DNA from: an uncultured Gammaproteobacteria bacterium
GTDB taxonomy: Bacteria; Patescibacteriota; Microgenomatia; CAZXEC01
Reading direction: 5' to 3'
DNA: 64,000 bases
Assembly (NCBI GenBank): GCA_964639595.1
Contig: CAZXEC010000001.1
Span: 88,111-152,110, forward strand
This document shows, piece after piece, positions 39,740 through 49,931 of this stretch. The translations under genes and the position numbers were made by a program. Under the pieces are notes generated by a model that did not search any database, had not been told where the DNA came from, and saw only the letters and a program-made list of their open reading frames with translations. How positions within the stretch are numbered: position 1 is the stretch's first letter; each line of letters begins with the position of its first letter.

Positions 39740-40372
39740 ATGGGTCAAAAAGTTAATCCAATTGGTTTTAGAACTGGAGAATTTTATAACTGGAGTTCTC
39801 GCTGGGTAGCATCTGATAGCCAATATAGGAAGTTCTTGTTGGAAGACTTCAAAATTCGCAAATTGCTGATGGAGAAACTAAGGCCGGCGGGGATTGCCAA
39901 AGTTGAAATTGAGAGGCTGTTAAATAAATTAGTTCTAAGAATTCATGTATCCAGGCCCGGGGTGGTGATTGGCAGGGGTGGGCAGGGGTTAACAGAACTG
40001 AAGAAATTTTTGATAGCTCAACTGGATATTCGCGATGAGGGTAATTTAGAATTGAACGTCGAAGACATCAAAAATCCAGATCTGTCGGCCTACCTGGTTG
40101 CCACTTATGCGGCAGAACAGCTGGGCAAGCGGATGCCATCACGCAGAATAATGAACCAGGCAGTCGACAGGGTCATGAGATCTGGAGCCAAGGGGGTTAG
40201 AATCCTTTTGGCTGGTCGTATTGGTGGGGCAGAGATTGCCAGAAAAGAACAAGCCAAGTCTGGATCCATTCCGCTACATACCTTAAGAGCCAACATTGAT
40301 TTTGCCAAAGTTGATGCTCATACCCAATCAGGGATAATTGGTGTCAAGGTTTGGATTAATAAAGGAGAGTAA
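39740..40372 (+). CDS. rpsC: 30S ribosomal protein S3
   Basis: [15 protein letters not shown] domain. Confidence 0.95.
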   Translation: MGQKVNPIGFRTGEFYNWSSRWVASDSQYRKFLLEDFKIRKLLMEKLRPAGIAKVEIERLLNKLVLRIHVSRPGVVIGRGGQGLTELKKFLIAQLDIRDEGNLELNVEDIKNPDLSAYLVATYAAEQLGKRMPSRRIMNQAVDRVMRSGAKGVRILLAGRIGGAEIARKEQAKSGSIPLHTLRANIDFAKVDAHTQSGIIGVKVWINKGE

Positions 40373-40377
40373 GTTAT

Positions 40378-40791
40378 ATGTTGCAACCAAAACGGCAGAA
40401 ATATCGCAAACAATTCAGGGGAGTGATGAAGGGCGTAGCTACCAGAGGCAGTACTTTGGTTTTTGGCAACTACGGGCTCAAATCGCAAGAGCTGGCTTGG
40501 ATAACGGCCAGGCAACTGGAGGCTGCTCGTCGGGCCATGACTCATCATACTAAAAGAGGTGGACGGATTTGGATCAGGATTTTCCCCGATAAACCAATCA
40601 CTAAAAAACCGGCAGAAACTAGGATGGGATCTGGTAAAGGTGACATTGCCGAATACGTGGCGGTGGTAAAACCCGGAACAATACTTTTTGAAATGGGAGC
40701 GGTCAGTCTTCAAGTTGCGCAAGAAGCAATGAGACTGGCTGCTCACAAGCTGCCGATTGCTACCAGATTTATCAGTAGGGAGGCTCAGTAA
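40378..40791 (+). CDS. rplP: 50S ribosomal protein L16
   Basis: [15 protein letters not shown]...RMGSGKG. Confidence 0.95.
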   Translation: MLQPKRQKYRKQFRGVMKGVATRGSTLVFGNYGLKSQELAWITARQLEAARRAMTHHTKRGGRIWIRIFPDKPITKKPAETRMGSGKGDIAEYVAVVKPGTILFEMGAVSLQVAQEAMRLAAHKLPIATRFISREAQ

Positions 40792-40797
40792 AATAAT

Positions 40798-41010
40798 ATG
40801 GCTACAAAAAACAAAACAAACCTAACTGGTGAATCTGTACAACAATTACATGTTCAACTCAACCAGAACAGGATCCAGCTAGCTGCCCTCAAACTGGATT
40901 TGAGCATGCATAAATTAAAGGATGTTAGGCAAGTTAGAAAGATGCGTCGCCAGATAGCCCGTATTTTAACAGTTATTGCTCAAAAAAGGCTGGAGGATCA
41001 ATATGTCTAA
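40798..41010 (+). CDS. rpmC: 50S ribosomal protein L29
   Basis: 70 aa, the helical L29 pattern. Confidence 0.85.
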   Translation: MATKNKTNLTGESVQQLHVQLNQNRIQLAALKLDLSMHKLKDVRQVRKMRRQIARILTVIAQKRLEDQYV

Positions 41011-41236
41011 AGTCTTAACAGGCCAGGTAGTTTCTGACAAAATGACCAAAACAGTGGTAGTTAAAGTACAGAGGCTTAAAATGCATCCTTTATACAAAAA
41101 AGCTATCAATTGGTCAAAAAAATTTTTGGCTGATAACCAAATTAGTGCCAAATACGGGGATTGGGTCAAAATTAGCGAAACCAGACCATTATCAAAAAAT
41201 AAAAAGTGGTCAATTTCCGAAATAATTAAAAAATAA
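41003..41236 (+). CDS. rpsQ: 30S ribosomal protein S17
   Basis: MSKVLTGQVVSDKMTKTVVVKV. Overlaps rpmC by 8 nt. Confidence 0.92.
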   Translation: MSKVLTGQVVSDKMTKTVVVKVQRLKMHPLYKKAINWSKKFLADNQISAKYGDWVKISETRPLSKNKKWSISEIIKK

Positions 41237-41238
41237 AC

Positions 41239-41308
41239 TACCTCGTAGTAAACTACGAGGTATTCCGCAAGCGGGACGTCAAACGTCCCAGCCACGTTCG
41301 ACTGTGGC
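41239..41308 (+). promoter_or_regulatory. Three consecutive stem-loops between rpsQ and rplN
   Basis: TACCTCGTAG-TAAA-CTACGAGGTA (10 bp, 41239-41262). GGGACG-TCAAA-CGTCCC (6 bp, 41273-41289). GCCAC-GTTCGACT-GTGGC (5 bp, 41291-41308). Confidence 0.55.
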
Positions 41309-41351
41309 GGAAAAGTTTGATTCTCGCTTGCAGTTCGAAATAAGGAGAGTT

Positions 41352-41720
41352 ATGTTACAACATCGTTCCATTGCCAATGTTGCCGATAACACTAAAGCCA
41401 AAAAGGTCATGGTAATTAACATCCCTGGCAAGTCCAGGATGCGTTTTGCCCATTTGGCGCAGGTGATAACTGGTGTGGTTAAAGAAGCTGACCCTGATGG
41501 GGTTGTCAAAGATGGAGAAATAGTCAAAGCAGTCATAGTCCGGACCAGGAAAGAAAATCGTCGCCGGGATGGTTCGTATATAAGGTTTGATGACAATGCT
41601 GTGGTCATCATTGACAAAGATGGTTCTCCAAAGGGCAGTAGGATTTTAGGCCCGGTAGCCAGGGAAGTGAGAGATGCCGGTTTTGTAAAAATTGCGTCAA
41701 TGGCGGAGGAAGTATGGTAA
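41352..41720 (+). CDS. rplN: 50S ribosomal protein L14
   Basis: Start at MLQHRSIANVADNTKAKKV, with AAGGAGAG before the ATG at 41352. Confidence 0.95.
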   Translation: MLQHRSIANVADNTKAKKVMVINIPGKSRMRFAHLAQVITGVVKEADPDGVVKDGEIVKAVIVRTRKENRRRDGSYIRFDDNAVVIIDKDGSPKGSRILGPVAREVRDAGFVKIASMAEEVW

Positions 41721-42025
41721 GCGTGAAATTCCATAAGAACGATGAAGTGATAGTGACTGTTGGTCGCCAAAAAGGCAAAAAAGGGAAAATAGATAAAGTT
41801 TTTCCGGATATTGGCAAAGTGCGTATTGTTGGTATCAACACATACAAAAGGCATCCTAAGTCGCATGCCAAGCAGTCAGGAGGAGCCGTAGAAGTAGCCA
41901 AGCCGCTACCTATTGCCAATGTGGCCTTGTTTTGTCCTAAGTGCGGGCAGGCGACTCGGGCAGGATGGAGGTTTGAGAAAGGCAAAAAGTTGCGGGTTTG
42001 TAGAAAATGCCAAGGGAGTTTTTAA
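41714..42025 (+). CDS. rplX: 50S ribosomal protein L24 with a Cys4 (CxxC...CxxC) C-terminal segment
   Basis: KOW motif KGKKGKIDKV. C-terminal FCPKCGQATRAGWRFEKGKKLRVCRKCQG. Confidence 0.9.
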   Translation: MVSVKFHKNDEVIVTVGRQKGKKGKIDKVFPDIGKVRIVGINTYKRHPKSHAKQSGGAVEVAKPLPIANVALFCPKCGQATRAGWRFEKGKKLRVCRKCQGSF

Positions 42026-42028
42026 TTT

Positions 42029-42580
42029 ATGAATCGTCTAAGGGAAAAATTTAATAAAGACATCAAGGGCGATCTTGCCAAGACCTTGGGGCTTCCTAAT
42101 GTTTTTGCTGTGCCAAAGGTTGTTAAAGTAGTCCTAAATATTGGGGTGGGAGAGGCAACTGTCAAAAAAGAACTAGTTGACCATGCCGCAGAACAATTGA
42201 CTGCTATTACTGGCCAAAAGGCTTCCATCAGACATGCTAAAAAATCTGTTGCCTCTTTTAAATTAAGAGAAGGTCAGCCTATTGGGACGATGGTGACCTT
42301 AAGAGGAGATAGGGCCTATGCTTTTCTAGACAAATTGTTCAATATAGTTCTGCCCAGACTACGGGATTTTAGAGGTTTGGCAATGTCTGGGTTTGATGGC
42401 AGGGGCAACTTTTCCCTAGGTCTAAGGGAGCAGACTGTTTTCCCCGAAATTGAATATGCCAAAATAGACAAAATTAGAGGTTTGGAGATAACTATTGTTA
42501 CAACTGCCTCAAATGATCAACAAGCCAAAGAATTATTGCTAAAATTGGGCATGCCTTTTAAAAAGGATCAAAATGGCTAA
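42029..42580 (+). CDS. rplE: 50S ribosomal protein L5
   Basis: [23 protein letters not shown]. Confidence 0.95.
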   Translation: MNRLREKFNKDIKGDLAKTLGLPNVFAVPKVVKVVLNIGVGEATVKKELVDHAAEQLTAITGQKASIRHAKKSVASFKLREGQPIGTMVTLRGDRAYAFLDKLFNIVLPRLRDFRGLAMSGFDGRGNFSLGLREQTVFPEIEYAKIDKIRGLEITIVTTASNDQQAKELLLKLGMPFKKDQNG

Positions 42581-42758
42581 AGTATCAAAAATTGTTAAAT
42601 CACAACAAGCTCCCAAATTCGGGGTCAGGGCTCGTAATCGTTGTTTGTTATGTGGTAGACCGAGGGGTTTTATACGTAAATTCGGCCTCTGTCGTTTGTG
42701 TTTCAGAGAGCTGGCACACCGCGGAGAATTACCAGGAGTAAAAAAAGCCAGCTGGTAA
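42573..42758 (+). CDS. rpsZ: 30S ribosomal protein S14, zinc-binding type Z
   Basis: 61 aa. [23 protein letters not shown]. Confidence 0.93.
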   Translation: MAKVSKIVKSQQAPKFGVRARNRCLLCGRPRGFIRKFGLCRLCFRELAHRGELPGVKKASW

Positions 42759-42770
42759 GAAAGAATATAT

Positions 42771-43166
42771 ATGACAGATCCAATTGCAGATCTATTAACC
42801 AGAATCAGAAATGGATATATGGCCAAAAAAAGCCATATTACAGTTGAGGTTTCAAAACAAAAAGAAAAACTAGTGGAGATATTAAGAGAACAAGGTTATG
42901 TGGGTGAAACCAAGAAAGATGGTCCATTGCTGAAAGTGGCACTGTTGTATCATGTGGATAGTTTCGGCCGTCGACAAGTGCCAGCGCTAATAGGGATTAT
43001 CAAGATATCAAAACCAGGCAGAAAAGTCTATGTTGGTCGTGATCGCTTGCCAAGAGTCTTGGGTGGTTTAGGAGTAAGTATTATTTCTACGCCGCAAGGA
43101 ATGATGACTGACAAAGATGCCAGGAAAAAAGGTTTAGGAGGAGAAGCCATCTGTAAAGTTTGGTAA
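42771..43166 (+). CDS. rpsH: 30S ribosomal protein S8
   Basis: MTDPIADLLTRIRNG. Confidence 0.95.
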   Translation: MTDPIADLLTRIRNGYMAKKSHITVEVSKQKEKLVEILREQGYVGETKKDGPLLKVALLYHVDSFGRRQVPALIGIIKISKPGRKVYVGRDRLPRVLGGLGVSIISTPQGMMTDKDARKKGLGGEAICKVW

Positions 43167-43176
43167 AGGATAAATT

Positions 43177-43731
43177 ATGTCAAGAGTAGGACAAAAACCA
43201 ATATCACTGACAAAAGATACCCAGATTAAGCTGGAGGGTTCAACCATTACTGTGGTTGGCCCTAAGGGCCAGTTGTCTTACACGTTCAGGCCAGAAGTGA
43301 CAGTTACACAGCAGGATGATGCCGTAAAAGTAGATGTTCGCGACAACTCAAAGTTTACTAACTCTCTACACGGTTTGACTAGAACTTTGATTGCCAATAT
43401 GGTTCATGGTGTCAGTGAGGGTTGGCAAAAAACTTTGGAATTGGTGGGAGTTGGCTATAGAGCACAAAAGCAAGGTGATAACCTGCTGCTATCAGTAGGT
43501 TATTCACATCCGGTCGTAATTGAGCCGCCTGCCGGTATTCAGTTTGCGATAGTTGAGGGCAAAATCGTAGTTTCAGGGATTGATAAATCACAAGTTGGTC
43601 AAGTGGCAGCTACGATCAGACAAGTCAGGGAGCCGGAACCCTATAAAGGTAAAGGTATCCGCTATGCTGGAGAAATAGTCAAAATTAAGCCAGGTAAGGC
43701 CGCCAAAGCTGGCTTGGCTCAAGGTAAATAA
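43177..43731 (+). CDS. rplF: 50S ribosomal protein L6
   Basis: MSRVGQKPISL, two-domain L6. Confidence 0.95.
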   Translation: MSRVGQKPISLTKDTQIKLEGSTITVVGPKGQLSYTFRPEVTVTQQDDAVKVDVRDNSKFTNSLHGLTRTLIANMVHGVSEGWQKTLELVGVGYRAQKQGDNLLLSVGYSHPVVIEPPAGIQFAIVEGKIVVSGIDKSQVGQVAATIRQVREPEPYKGKGIRYAGEIVKIKPGKAAKAGLAQGK

Positions 43732-43733
43732 AA

Positions 43734-44078
43734 ATGAAAAAAGCAACACCTAAAAAAATCAGGCATCTAGCACAAAGAAAAAAAATCAAAGGGACAAATG
43801 CCAGACCAAGGTTGGCAGTGTTTAGGTCTAATAAGCACATCAGCGCCCAGATTATTGATGATGTTGCGGGACGCACTTTAGTATTTGTGTCAGACAGGGA
43901 AATTAAGTCAGATGGAAAAGCTAAAATAGATTTGGCATATCAGGCAGGTAAGTTAATTGCCCAAAAAGCAAAAGCCGTAGGATTGTCGCGAGTAGTTTTA
44001 GATAGAGCTGGTAATAAATACCATGGTCGTATCAGGGCTTTTGCCCAAGCTGCTCGAGAGGAAGGTTTAATTTTTTAA
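43734..44078 (+). CDS. rplR: 50S ribosomal protein L18
   Basis: [20 protein letters not shown]. Confidence 0.93.
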   Translation: MKKATPKKIRHLAQRKKIKGTNARPRLAVFRSNKHISAQIIDDVAGRTLVFVSDREIKSDGKAKIDLAYQAGKLIAQKAKAVGLSRVVLDRAGNKYHGRIRAFAQAAREEGLIF

Positions 44079-44079
44079 T

Positions 44080-44559
44080 ATGGCAGAAGCTAATTTTATC
44101 ACATCTGAAATAAAAGAATTTCAAGAGAAGGTAGTTCAAGTCAACCGAGTGTCTAAAAAGACTAAGGGGGGTAATAGGTTTAGTTTTTCAGTAGTGGTGG
44201 TAGTAGGAGATAGAAAAGGTAGGGTTGGTGTTGGTTTAGGTAAGGCCCCGGATGTAGCTTCAGGTGTGAGGAAAGGCGCCAGTTACGCCAAAAAACATCT
44301 CATTACAGTGCCCATGAAAGGAACGACTATTACCCACGATATCAGGCATAAACGAGGAGCGGCTGTGGTGCTTTTGAAGCCAGCTCCCCCAGGCACTGGG
44401 GTTATTGCCGGAGGTCCGGTTAGAGCAGTACTGGAAGCAGCCGGCGTCAGAGATGTGGTGGCCAAAATTTTAGGGACTAACAATCAGGCATCTAATGTTT
44501 ACGCTACGTTGGAAGCTTTATCGCTGCTCAAACAAGCCAAAGCAGCACGAAAGATTTAG
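44080..44559 (+). CDS. rpsE: 30S ribosomal protein S5
   Basis: [39 protein letters not shown]. Confidence 0.95.
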   Translation: MAEANFITSEIKEFQEKVVQVNRVSKKTKGGNRFSFSVVVVVGDRKGRVGVGLGKAPDVASGVRKGASYAKKHLITVPMKGTTITHDIRHKRGAAVVLLKPAPPGTGVIAGGPVRAVLEAAGVRDVVAKILGTNNQASNVYATLEALSLLKQAKAARKI

Positions 44560-44565
44560 TAAATT

Positions 44566-45060
44566 ATGCAACTATCACGCCTACCCCAAATAGGACCAAA
44601 GAAAAAATCAAAAAGCAGGCTTGGCCAAGGCCTGTCTACTGGCCATGGCAAGACAGCAGGCAGAGGCACCAAAGGGCAAAAGGCCCATTCGTCAGTCCCG
44701 TTTGGTTTTGAAACCGGATCAAGAACCGGCAGGCTCCTCAAAAGGCTGCCATTCAAAAAGGGTATTGGTAATGATGTGCTGGGTAAAAAGTTCCTAGCTA
44801 TTAACCTGGGGCAATTATCAAAACTTAACAAGAATGATACGGTTGATGCGCTCTTGTTGATCGAAAAAGGTTTAGTCAAAGCGGGCGCCATCAGAAGGAG
44901 AGGTGTTAAAATTTTATCAGGCGGAGACTTTAACATTCCGCTGACTTTCAAATTACCGGTATCGCAAAAAGCCCGGCAAAAGATCGAGCAGGCAGGCGGT
45001 CAGGTGATTTGGCCAAACAAAACCAACAAGACAGAAAACACGACAGAAGATTCAGACTAA
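44566..45060 (+). CDS. rplO: 50S ribosomal protein L15 (follows S5 directly; no L30 gene)
   Basis: [21 protein letters not shown]. Confidence 0.93.
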   Translation: MQLSRLPQIGPKKKSKSRLGQGLSTGHGKTAGRGTKGQKAHSSVPFGFETGSRTGRLLKRLPFKKGIGNDVLGKKFLAINLGQLSKLNKNDTVDALLLIEKGLVKAGAIRRRGVKILSGGDFNIPLTFKLPVSQKARQKIEQAGGQVIWPNKTNKTENTTEDSD

Positions 45061-45071
45061 TAAAAAATTTT

Positions 45072-46349
45072 ATGATTATCAATCAACTTAAATTAATTTT
45101 TCAGATTCCTGAATTAAAAAGAAAAATTCTATTTACCCTATTTATTTTAACGATTTTCAGGATTGCGGCTCATATTCCCATCTCTGGAGTTGACTTGTTG
45201 GCATTAAAAAATCTTTTTGCCCAAAACCAATTATTATCATTGTTAAATTTATTCTCCGGCGGGACATTGGCCAACTTTTCCATTATTGCCCTGGGCTTAA
45301 ACCCCTATATCAATGCTTCAATTATTATGCAGCTTTTAACTATGGTGTTTCCCCAACTGGAGGCTCTGTCCAAAGAAGGAGAATTCGGCAGACAAAAAAT
45401 TAACCAATATACCCGTCTGTTGACTATTCCCCTATCCCTGGTTCAGGCTGTGGGCATGTACAGTCTGTTACAAGGCCAGCAGGTTTTGAAACAGCAAGAT
45501 ACTTTAACAATAGCCTCGGTTATCATCACGATGACTGCCGGCACAGTTTTTTTAATGTGGCTGGGAGAGTTATTAACAGAATATGGAGTTGGCAACGGTA
45601 TTTCACTGATTATTTTTGCCGGAATTGTGGCCCAACTGCCCATTTCTTTAGGACAGACTTTTTCAGTATTTGATGAGTCCCAACTGTTTAACCTATCAGT
45701 CTTTTTTGTCATGTCAGCCCTGCTTATTGCCGCCATTGTCGTGATTAATGAAGGGAAAAGACAGATTTTAGTACAGTACGCCAAGCGTATCAAAGGTGAT
45801 AATCTGCAAGGTAGCCAGTCTACTTATCTACCCTTGAGAGTTAACCAAGCAGGGGTTATCCCCATTATCTTTGCCGTATCACTGGTTTTGATCCCATCAC
45901 TGATTGGCGGGTATTTGCAAAATATTCCCAATCCCGCCATTGCCAGTATGGCGGCCAGGGTAGTGTCCTGGTTTGCCCCCACGAGTATTACTTATAATGT
46001 AGTTTACTTTTTGTTGGTGATCGGTTTTACTTATTTTTATACGGCTGTTACCTTTAACCCCAAAAAAATTGCCGACGAAATCAGGAAATTTGGCGGTTTT
46101 ATCCCTGGTATTAGACCAGGTGCGACTACTGCCGGCTATCTTAATTATATTTTAACCAGGATTACCTTGGCAGGTGCGGTATTTTTAGGGCTGGTGGCCA
46201 TCTTACCGTCAATTGCTCAACAGTTGACCGGCGTGACAACTTTTGCCTTAGGCGGGACAGGAATTTTAATTATAGTTTCGGTAGTTTTGGAAACAACCAA
46301 GCAATTAGAATCAATGCTAGTCATGCATAATTACGAGAAGTTTTTATAA
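45072..46349 (+). CDS. secY: Preprotein translocase SecY
   Basis: Start at [23 protein letters not shown]. Ten TM segments. Confidence 0.93.
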   Translation: MIINQLKLIFQIPELKRKILFTLFILTIFRIAAHIPISGVDLLALKNLFAQNQLLSLLNLFSGGTLANFSIIALGLNPYINASIIMQLLTMVFPQLEALSKEGEFGRQKINQYTRLLTIPLSLVQAVGMYSLLQGQQVLKQQDTLTIASVIITMTAGTVFLMWLGELLTEYGVGNGISLIIFAGIVAQLPISLGQTFSVFDESQLFNLSVFFVMSALLIAAIVVINEGKRQILVQYAKRIKGDNLQGSQSTYLPLRVNQAGVIPIIFAVSLVLIPSLIGGYLQNIPNPAIASMAARVVSWFAPTSITYNVVYFLLVIGFTYFYTAVTFNPKKIADEIRKFGGFIPGIRPGATTAGYLNYILTRITLAGAVFLGLVAILPSIAQQLTGVTTFALGGTGILIIVSVVLETTKQLESMLVMHNYEKFL

Positions 46350-46374
46350 TTTATACATTGACAAGAAGAGTCCT

Positions 46375-47130
46375 TTGCAAACTAAAACTAAACAGCAACT
46401 AAAATCTATGGCAGCAGGCGGCAGGGTCGCTTGTCAAATATTAGCCGAGGTAATAAAAGCCGCCCGGCCCGGCATAACCACTCTGGAGCTTGATCAGATG
46501 GCCGACCAGATGATGGTAGAAGCGGGAGTCGAGGCAGGGTTTAAAAAAGTTGCAGGATACAGTCATGCTACCTGCATCAATATTGGCGCAGATATAGTCC
46601 ATGGTATTCCTGACAGTTACGAGATCAAATCTGGTGACCTAGTCAGTATTGATCTGGGAGTTTATCATCAAGGTTTGCATACTGATTGCGCTTGGACTAT
46701 CCAAGTTGCTAGCCAGAGCCAAGCTCAATTTTTAGCAGCCGGCAAGCAGGCATTACTGTCAGGCATTGCCCAGGCTGTCAGCGCTAACAAAGTAGGAGAT
46801 ATATCACAAGCCATTCAGAACATAATCGAAGAACAGGCTGGATACCATGTGGTCAGAGAGTTAGTCGGACATGGTGTAGGAAGCCAGCTACATGAAGACC
46901 CGCAGGTTCCCGGCTATGGCAGGGCGGGCCGCGGAGAGCAATTGGCAAATGGGGCAACTTTGGCAATTGAGGTGATTTATAGCCAAGGTAAAACGCCAGC
47001 AATCTTTAAAAATAAAGACGGCTGGACAATAACTACTGCCGACGCTAGCCTATCTGGTTTATTTGAGGAGACTATTGTGGTTTGGGAAGGTCAGCCCAAG
47101 ATTTTAACGCCGACCCATCAGTACTTGTAA
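46375..47130 (+). CDS. map: Type I methionine aminopeptidase (follows secY directly; no adk)
   Basis: Pita-bread fold motifs DLVSIDLGVYHQGLHTDCAWT and VGHGVGSQLHE. Confidence 0.93.
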   Translation: MQTKTKQQLKSMAAGGRVACQILAEVIKAARPGITTLELDQMADQMMVEAGVEAGFKKVAGYSHATCINIGADIVHGIPDSYEIKSGDLVSIDLGVYHQGLHTDCAWTIQVASQSQAQFLAAGKQALLSGIAQAVSANKVGDISQAIQNIIEEQAGYHVVRELVGHGVGSQLHEDPQVPGYGRAGRGEQLANGATLAIEVIYSQGKTPAIFKNKDGWTITTADASLSGLFEETIVVWEGQPKILTPTHQYL

Positions 47131-47170
47131 TCTGACTATGGGTTTGGTATACTAGAAAGGATTTTTTATC

Positions 47171-47410
47171 GTGGCCAAACAAGGCTATTTCGAAATAGAA
47201 GGTGAAGTTCAAGAAGCTTTGCCAAACACTCTTTTTAGGGTGCTTGTCAAACAGGCCCCAGAACAAGGGTTGGTAGGCAAAGTTATTTTGTGCCATATTT
47301 CCGGCAAAATGCGGATGCGTTACGTGCGGATTTTACCGGGCGATATGGTCAGAGCGGAGATGACTCCTTATGATTTAGATAAGGGGCGGATTACTGCTCG
47401 GGCCAGATGA
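47171..47410 (+). CDS. infA: Translation initiation factor IF-1
   Basis: S1-like fold. [39 protein letters not shown]. Confidence 0.93.
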   Translation: MAKQGYFEIEGEVQEALPNTLFRVLVKQAPEQGLVGKVILCHISGKMRMRYVRILPGDMVRAEMTPYDLDKGRITARAR

Positions 47411-47420
47411 AGGCTAATTT

Positions 47421-47537
47421 ATGAAAGTTCAAGCATCAGTCAAAAAGCGTTGTCAGGATTGTCAGTTTATCAAAAGACATGGAGTTTTATACGTAGTTTG
47501 CCGGCGCAATCCCAGGCACAAACAAAGACAATGGTAA
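47421..47537 (+). CDS. rpmJ: 50S ribosomal protein L36 (absent from the ORF track because it is too short)
   Basis: Manual translation gives [38 protein letters not shown] (38 aa). Confidence 0.9.
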   Translation: MKVQASVKKRCQDCQFIKRHGVLYVVCRRNPRHKQRQW

Positions 47538-47540
47538 AAT

Positions 47541-47954
47541 ATGCGTATTTCAGGAATAGATAGAAAAGATCAAAAAAGAATTGAAGCAGCTCTGCCTTAT
47601 ATTTATGGTGTGGGCAGATCTAATGTCAAAACCATCTTACAACAAGCTGGCATCAGTCCCAATAAGAGAACTAAGGATTTGACCGAAGGTGAAGTTGGCA
47701 AGATTCAGAAGATACTGGAGACTATCCGTACAGAGGGAGAATTACGCCGAGAGGTACAACAGAATATATCCAGACTGAAAGAAATTGGCGCCTATCGGGG
47801 AGCCAGGCATACCAGAAACCTGCCAGCCAGAGGCCAAAGAACCAAGACTAATGCCAGGACCAAAAGAGGTAAAAGAGTCACCATTGGCACGGTTCGTAAG
47901 GATGTTGTTACCAAGATGGGGACTGCCAAAACTCAACCTGGACAAAAAGCCTAA
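47541..47954 (+). CDS. rpsM: 30S ribosomal protein S13
   Basis: MRISGIDRKDQKRIEAALPYIYGVG. Confidence 0.95.
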   Translation: MRISGIDRKDQKRIEAALPYIYGVGRSNVKTILQQAGISPNKRTKDLTEGEVGKIQKILETIRTEGELRREVQQNISRLKEIGAYRGARHTRNLPARGQRTKTNARTKRGKRVTIGTVRKDVVTKMGTAKTQPGQKA

Positions 47955-47962
47955 AATAGACA

Positions 47963-48349
47963 ATGGCCAATACTAAAAAAAGCAAAAAAAAGCAGACGAG
48001 GCAAGTTGTTGCCGGACGAGTTTATGTAACTGCCACTTTTAACAATACAGTGGTAACCATCACTGATACGGAAGGCAACACTTTGTGTTGGGGTTCATCG
48101 GGCGCATCTGGTTTTAAGGGCGCTAGAAAATCCACCCCATTTGCCGCCACTACCAGTGTGGAACAGGTGGCGCGCAAGGCTCAAGGCATGGGAATAAAAG
48201 AAGTTGAGGTTTATATAAAAGGCCCTGGACCTGGCCGGGATAGCGCTATCAGGGCGTTAAGGTCGCAAGGTCTGAATATTACCTTAATTGCTGATGTAAC
48301 TCCCATGGCACATAACGGACCTAGACCAAAAAAGCGCCGGAGAGTGTAA
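47963..48349 (+). CDS. rpsK: 30S ribosomal protein S11
   Basis: TFNNTVVTITDTEGNTLCWGSSGASGFKGARKSTPFAA. Confidence 0.95.
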   Translation: MANTKKSKKKQTRQVVAGRVYVTATFNNTVVTITDTEGNTLCWGSSGASGFKGARKSTPFAATTSVEQVARKAQGMGIKEVEVYIKGPGPGRDSAIRALRSQGLNITLIADVTPMAHNGPRPKKRRRV

Positions 48350-48354
48350 TTTCT

Positions 48355-48963
48355 ATGGCAAGATATACAGGACCAAAAAGAAGATTGTCAAAGCGTGAAG
48401 GTATGGCTCTGTTTGCCAAAGACGAGAAAGCAATGGAGAGGAAAGGGGGAGTGGCGCCAGGACAGCACGGTCATAGGGGTGGCAGAAAGTTATCAGAATA
48501 TGGCGTGCAACTTAGGGAAAAACAAAAAGTTAAAAGAATTTATGGACTGATGGAAAGGCAATTTGCCAACCTGGTTGAGAAAGCTGCTCGTAAAAAAGGC
48601 GATACAGGAGAAAATATGTTGGCACTTTTAGAAACCAGACTGGACAACGTGGTCTATAGATTAGGTTTTGTCCCATCAAGAATGATGGCCAGACAATTGG
48701 TTGGTCATGGACATATTTTGGTCAATGGCAAGAAATTGACTATCCCTTCCTACCAAGTCAGGCCCGGACAGACGATTTCTTTATCAGGTAAAGCTCTGAA
48801 TATGCCGGTTGTTGTAAGTCAGTTGAAAAAGACTAAAGAAGAAAAATTAGCCAGTTACTTGAAGAAGAAAGCTGCGGCCGGACAATTGGATCATCTGCCC
48901 AAGAGAGATGAAATAGAATTGCCGGCAGCCGAATCGTTAATTGTTGAGTTTTATTCAAGGTAA
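48355..48963 (+). CDS. rpsD: 30S ribosomal protein S4
   Basis: MARYTGPKRRLSKREG, S4 domain. Confidence 0.95.
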   Translation: MARYTGPKRRLSKREGMALFAKDEKAMERKGGVAPGQHGHRGGRKLSEYGVQLREKQKVKRIYGLMERQFANLVEKAARKKGDTGENMLALLETRLDNVVYRLGFVPSRMMARQLVGHGHILVNGKKLTIPSYQVRPGQTISLSGKALNMPVVVSQLKKTKEEKLASYLKKKAAAGQLDHLPKRDEIELPAAESLIVEFYSR

Positions 48964-49000
48964 AGGTTATTTATTAATAAAAGAAAGGAGATTTTTTAAA

Positions 49001-49921
49001 ATGGTTGACTTAGTCAAAATAACTGTTCAGGAGGAAAACGACACTTTTGGTCGTTTTGTAGTAGAACCCCTAGTTCAAGGATATGGCCAAACTATTGGCA
49101 ATAGCTTGCGCCGGGTACTGTTATCAAGTTTAGGAGGTGCGGCCATCACCGCTGTTAAAATCAGTGGAGTTAGCCATCAATTCTCTGCCATTTCGGGAGT
49201 TAAGGAGGATGTGGCGGAATTGTTGCTGAACCTGAAACAGGTCAGGCTGTCCATGAGTGGCAAAGATAGCGCTAAAATCACTTTGTCACAAAAAGGCGAA
49301 GGTGATATTAATGCCAGCCAAATAAAAACCGTGGCAGGAGTTGAAGTAGTCAACCCAGATTTATATATTGCTCACCTATCTGGTGCCAAAAGCAAACTGG
49401 ATATTGAAATGACGGTGGAAAAAGGCTATGGCTATGCGCTGTCTGATGAAAGGCCTCAAACAGAAGTTGGGGTGATTGCCCTGGATGCCCTATTTTCTCC
49501 GGTGGTGCGAGTCAATTATAAAGTTGAGGCTACCCGTGTTGGTAGAAGGACTGACTTTGACAAATTGACCATGGAGATTTTCACCGATGGGACAATTGGG
49601 CCATCAGAGGCGTTGAAAGAGGCTGCCAAAACACTGGTATCTTACTTTACTATTTTTTACCAGCCTCAAAGTCGACCGGTAGTAGTTTCCGATGAAGGTC
49701 AGATAGTGTCGTCTAAAAATGATGAAACTGCTAGCCTGACTATCGAAGAACTGGATGTGCCGGCTCGCATAGTCAATGCGCTACGGGCTGCCAAAATTGA
49801 GACAGTGGGAGATCTGACATCTTACCAGAGAAAGGATCTGTTAAAGATTAAAAATCTGGGAGCCAAGTCACTGTCAGAGGTGGAGAAAAAACTTAAAGAA
49901 AGGGAAGTGCAACTACCCTAA
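49001..49921 (+). CDS. rpoA: DNA-directed RNA polymerase alpha subunit
   Basis: Start at MVDLVKITVQEEND, with AAGGAG upstream. C-terminal domain LTIEELDVPARIVNALRAAKIETVGDL. Confidence 0.93.
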   Translation: MVDLVKITVQEENDTFGRFVVEPLVQGYGQTIGNSLRRVLLSSLGGAAITAVKISGVSHQFSAISGVKEDVAELLLNLKQVRLSMSGKDSAKITLSQKGEGDINASQIKTVAGVEVVNPDLYIAHLSGAKSKLDIEMTVEKGYGYALSDERPQTEVGVIALDALFSPVVRVNYKVEATRVGRRTDFDKLTMEIFTDGTIGPSEALKEAAKTLVSYFTIFYQPQSRPVVVSDEGQIVSSKNDETASLTIEELDVPARIVNALRAAKIETVGDLTSYQRKDLLKIKNLGAKSLSEVEKKLKEREVQLP

Positions 49922-49931
49922 AAGGGAATTT

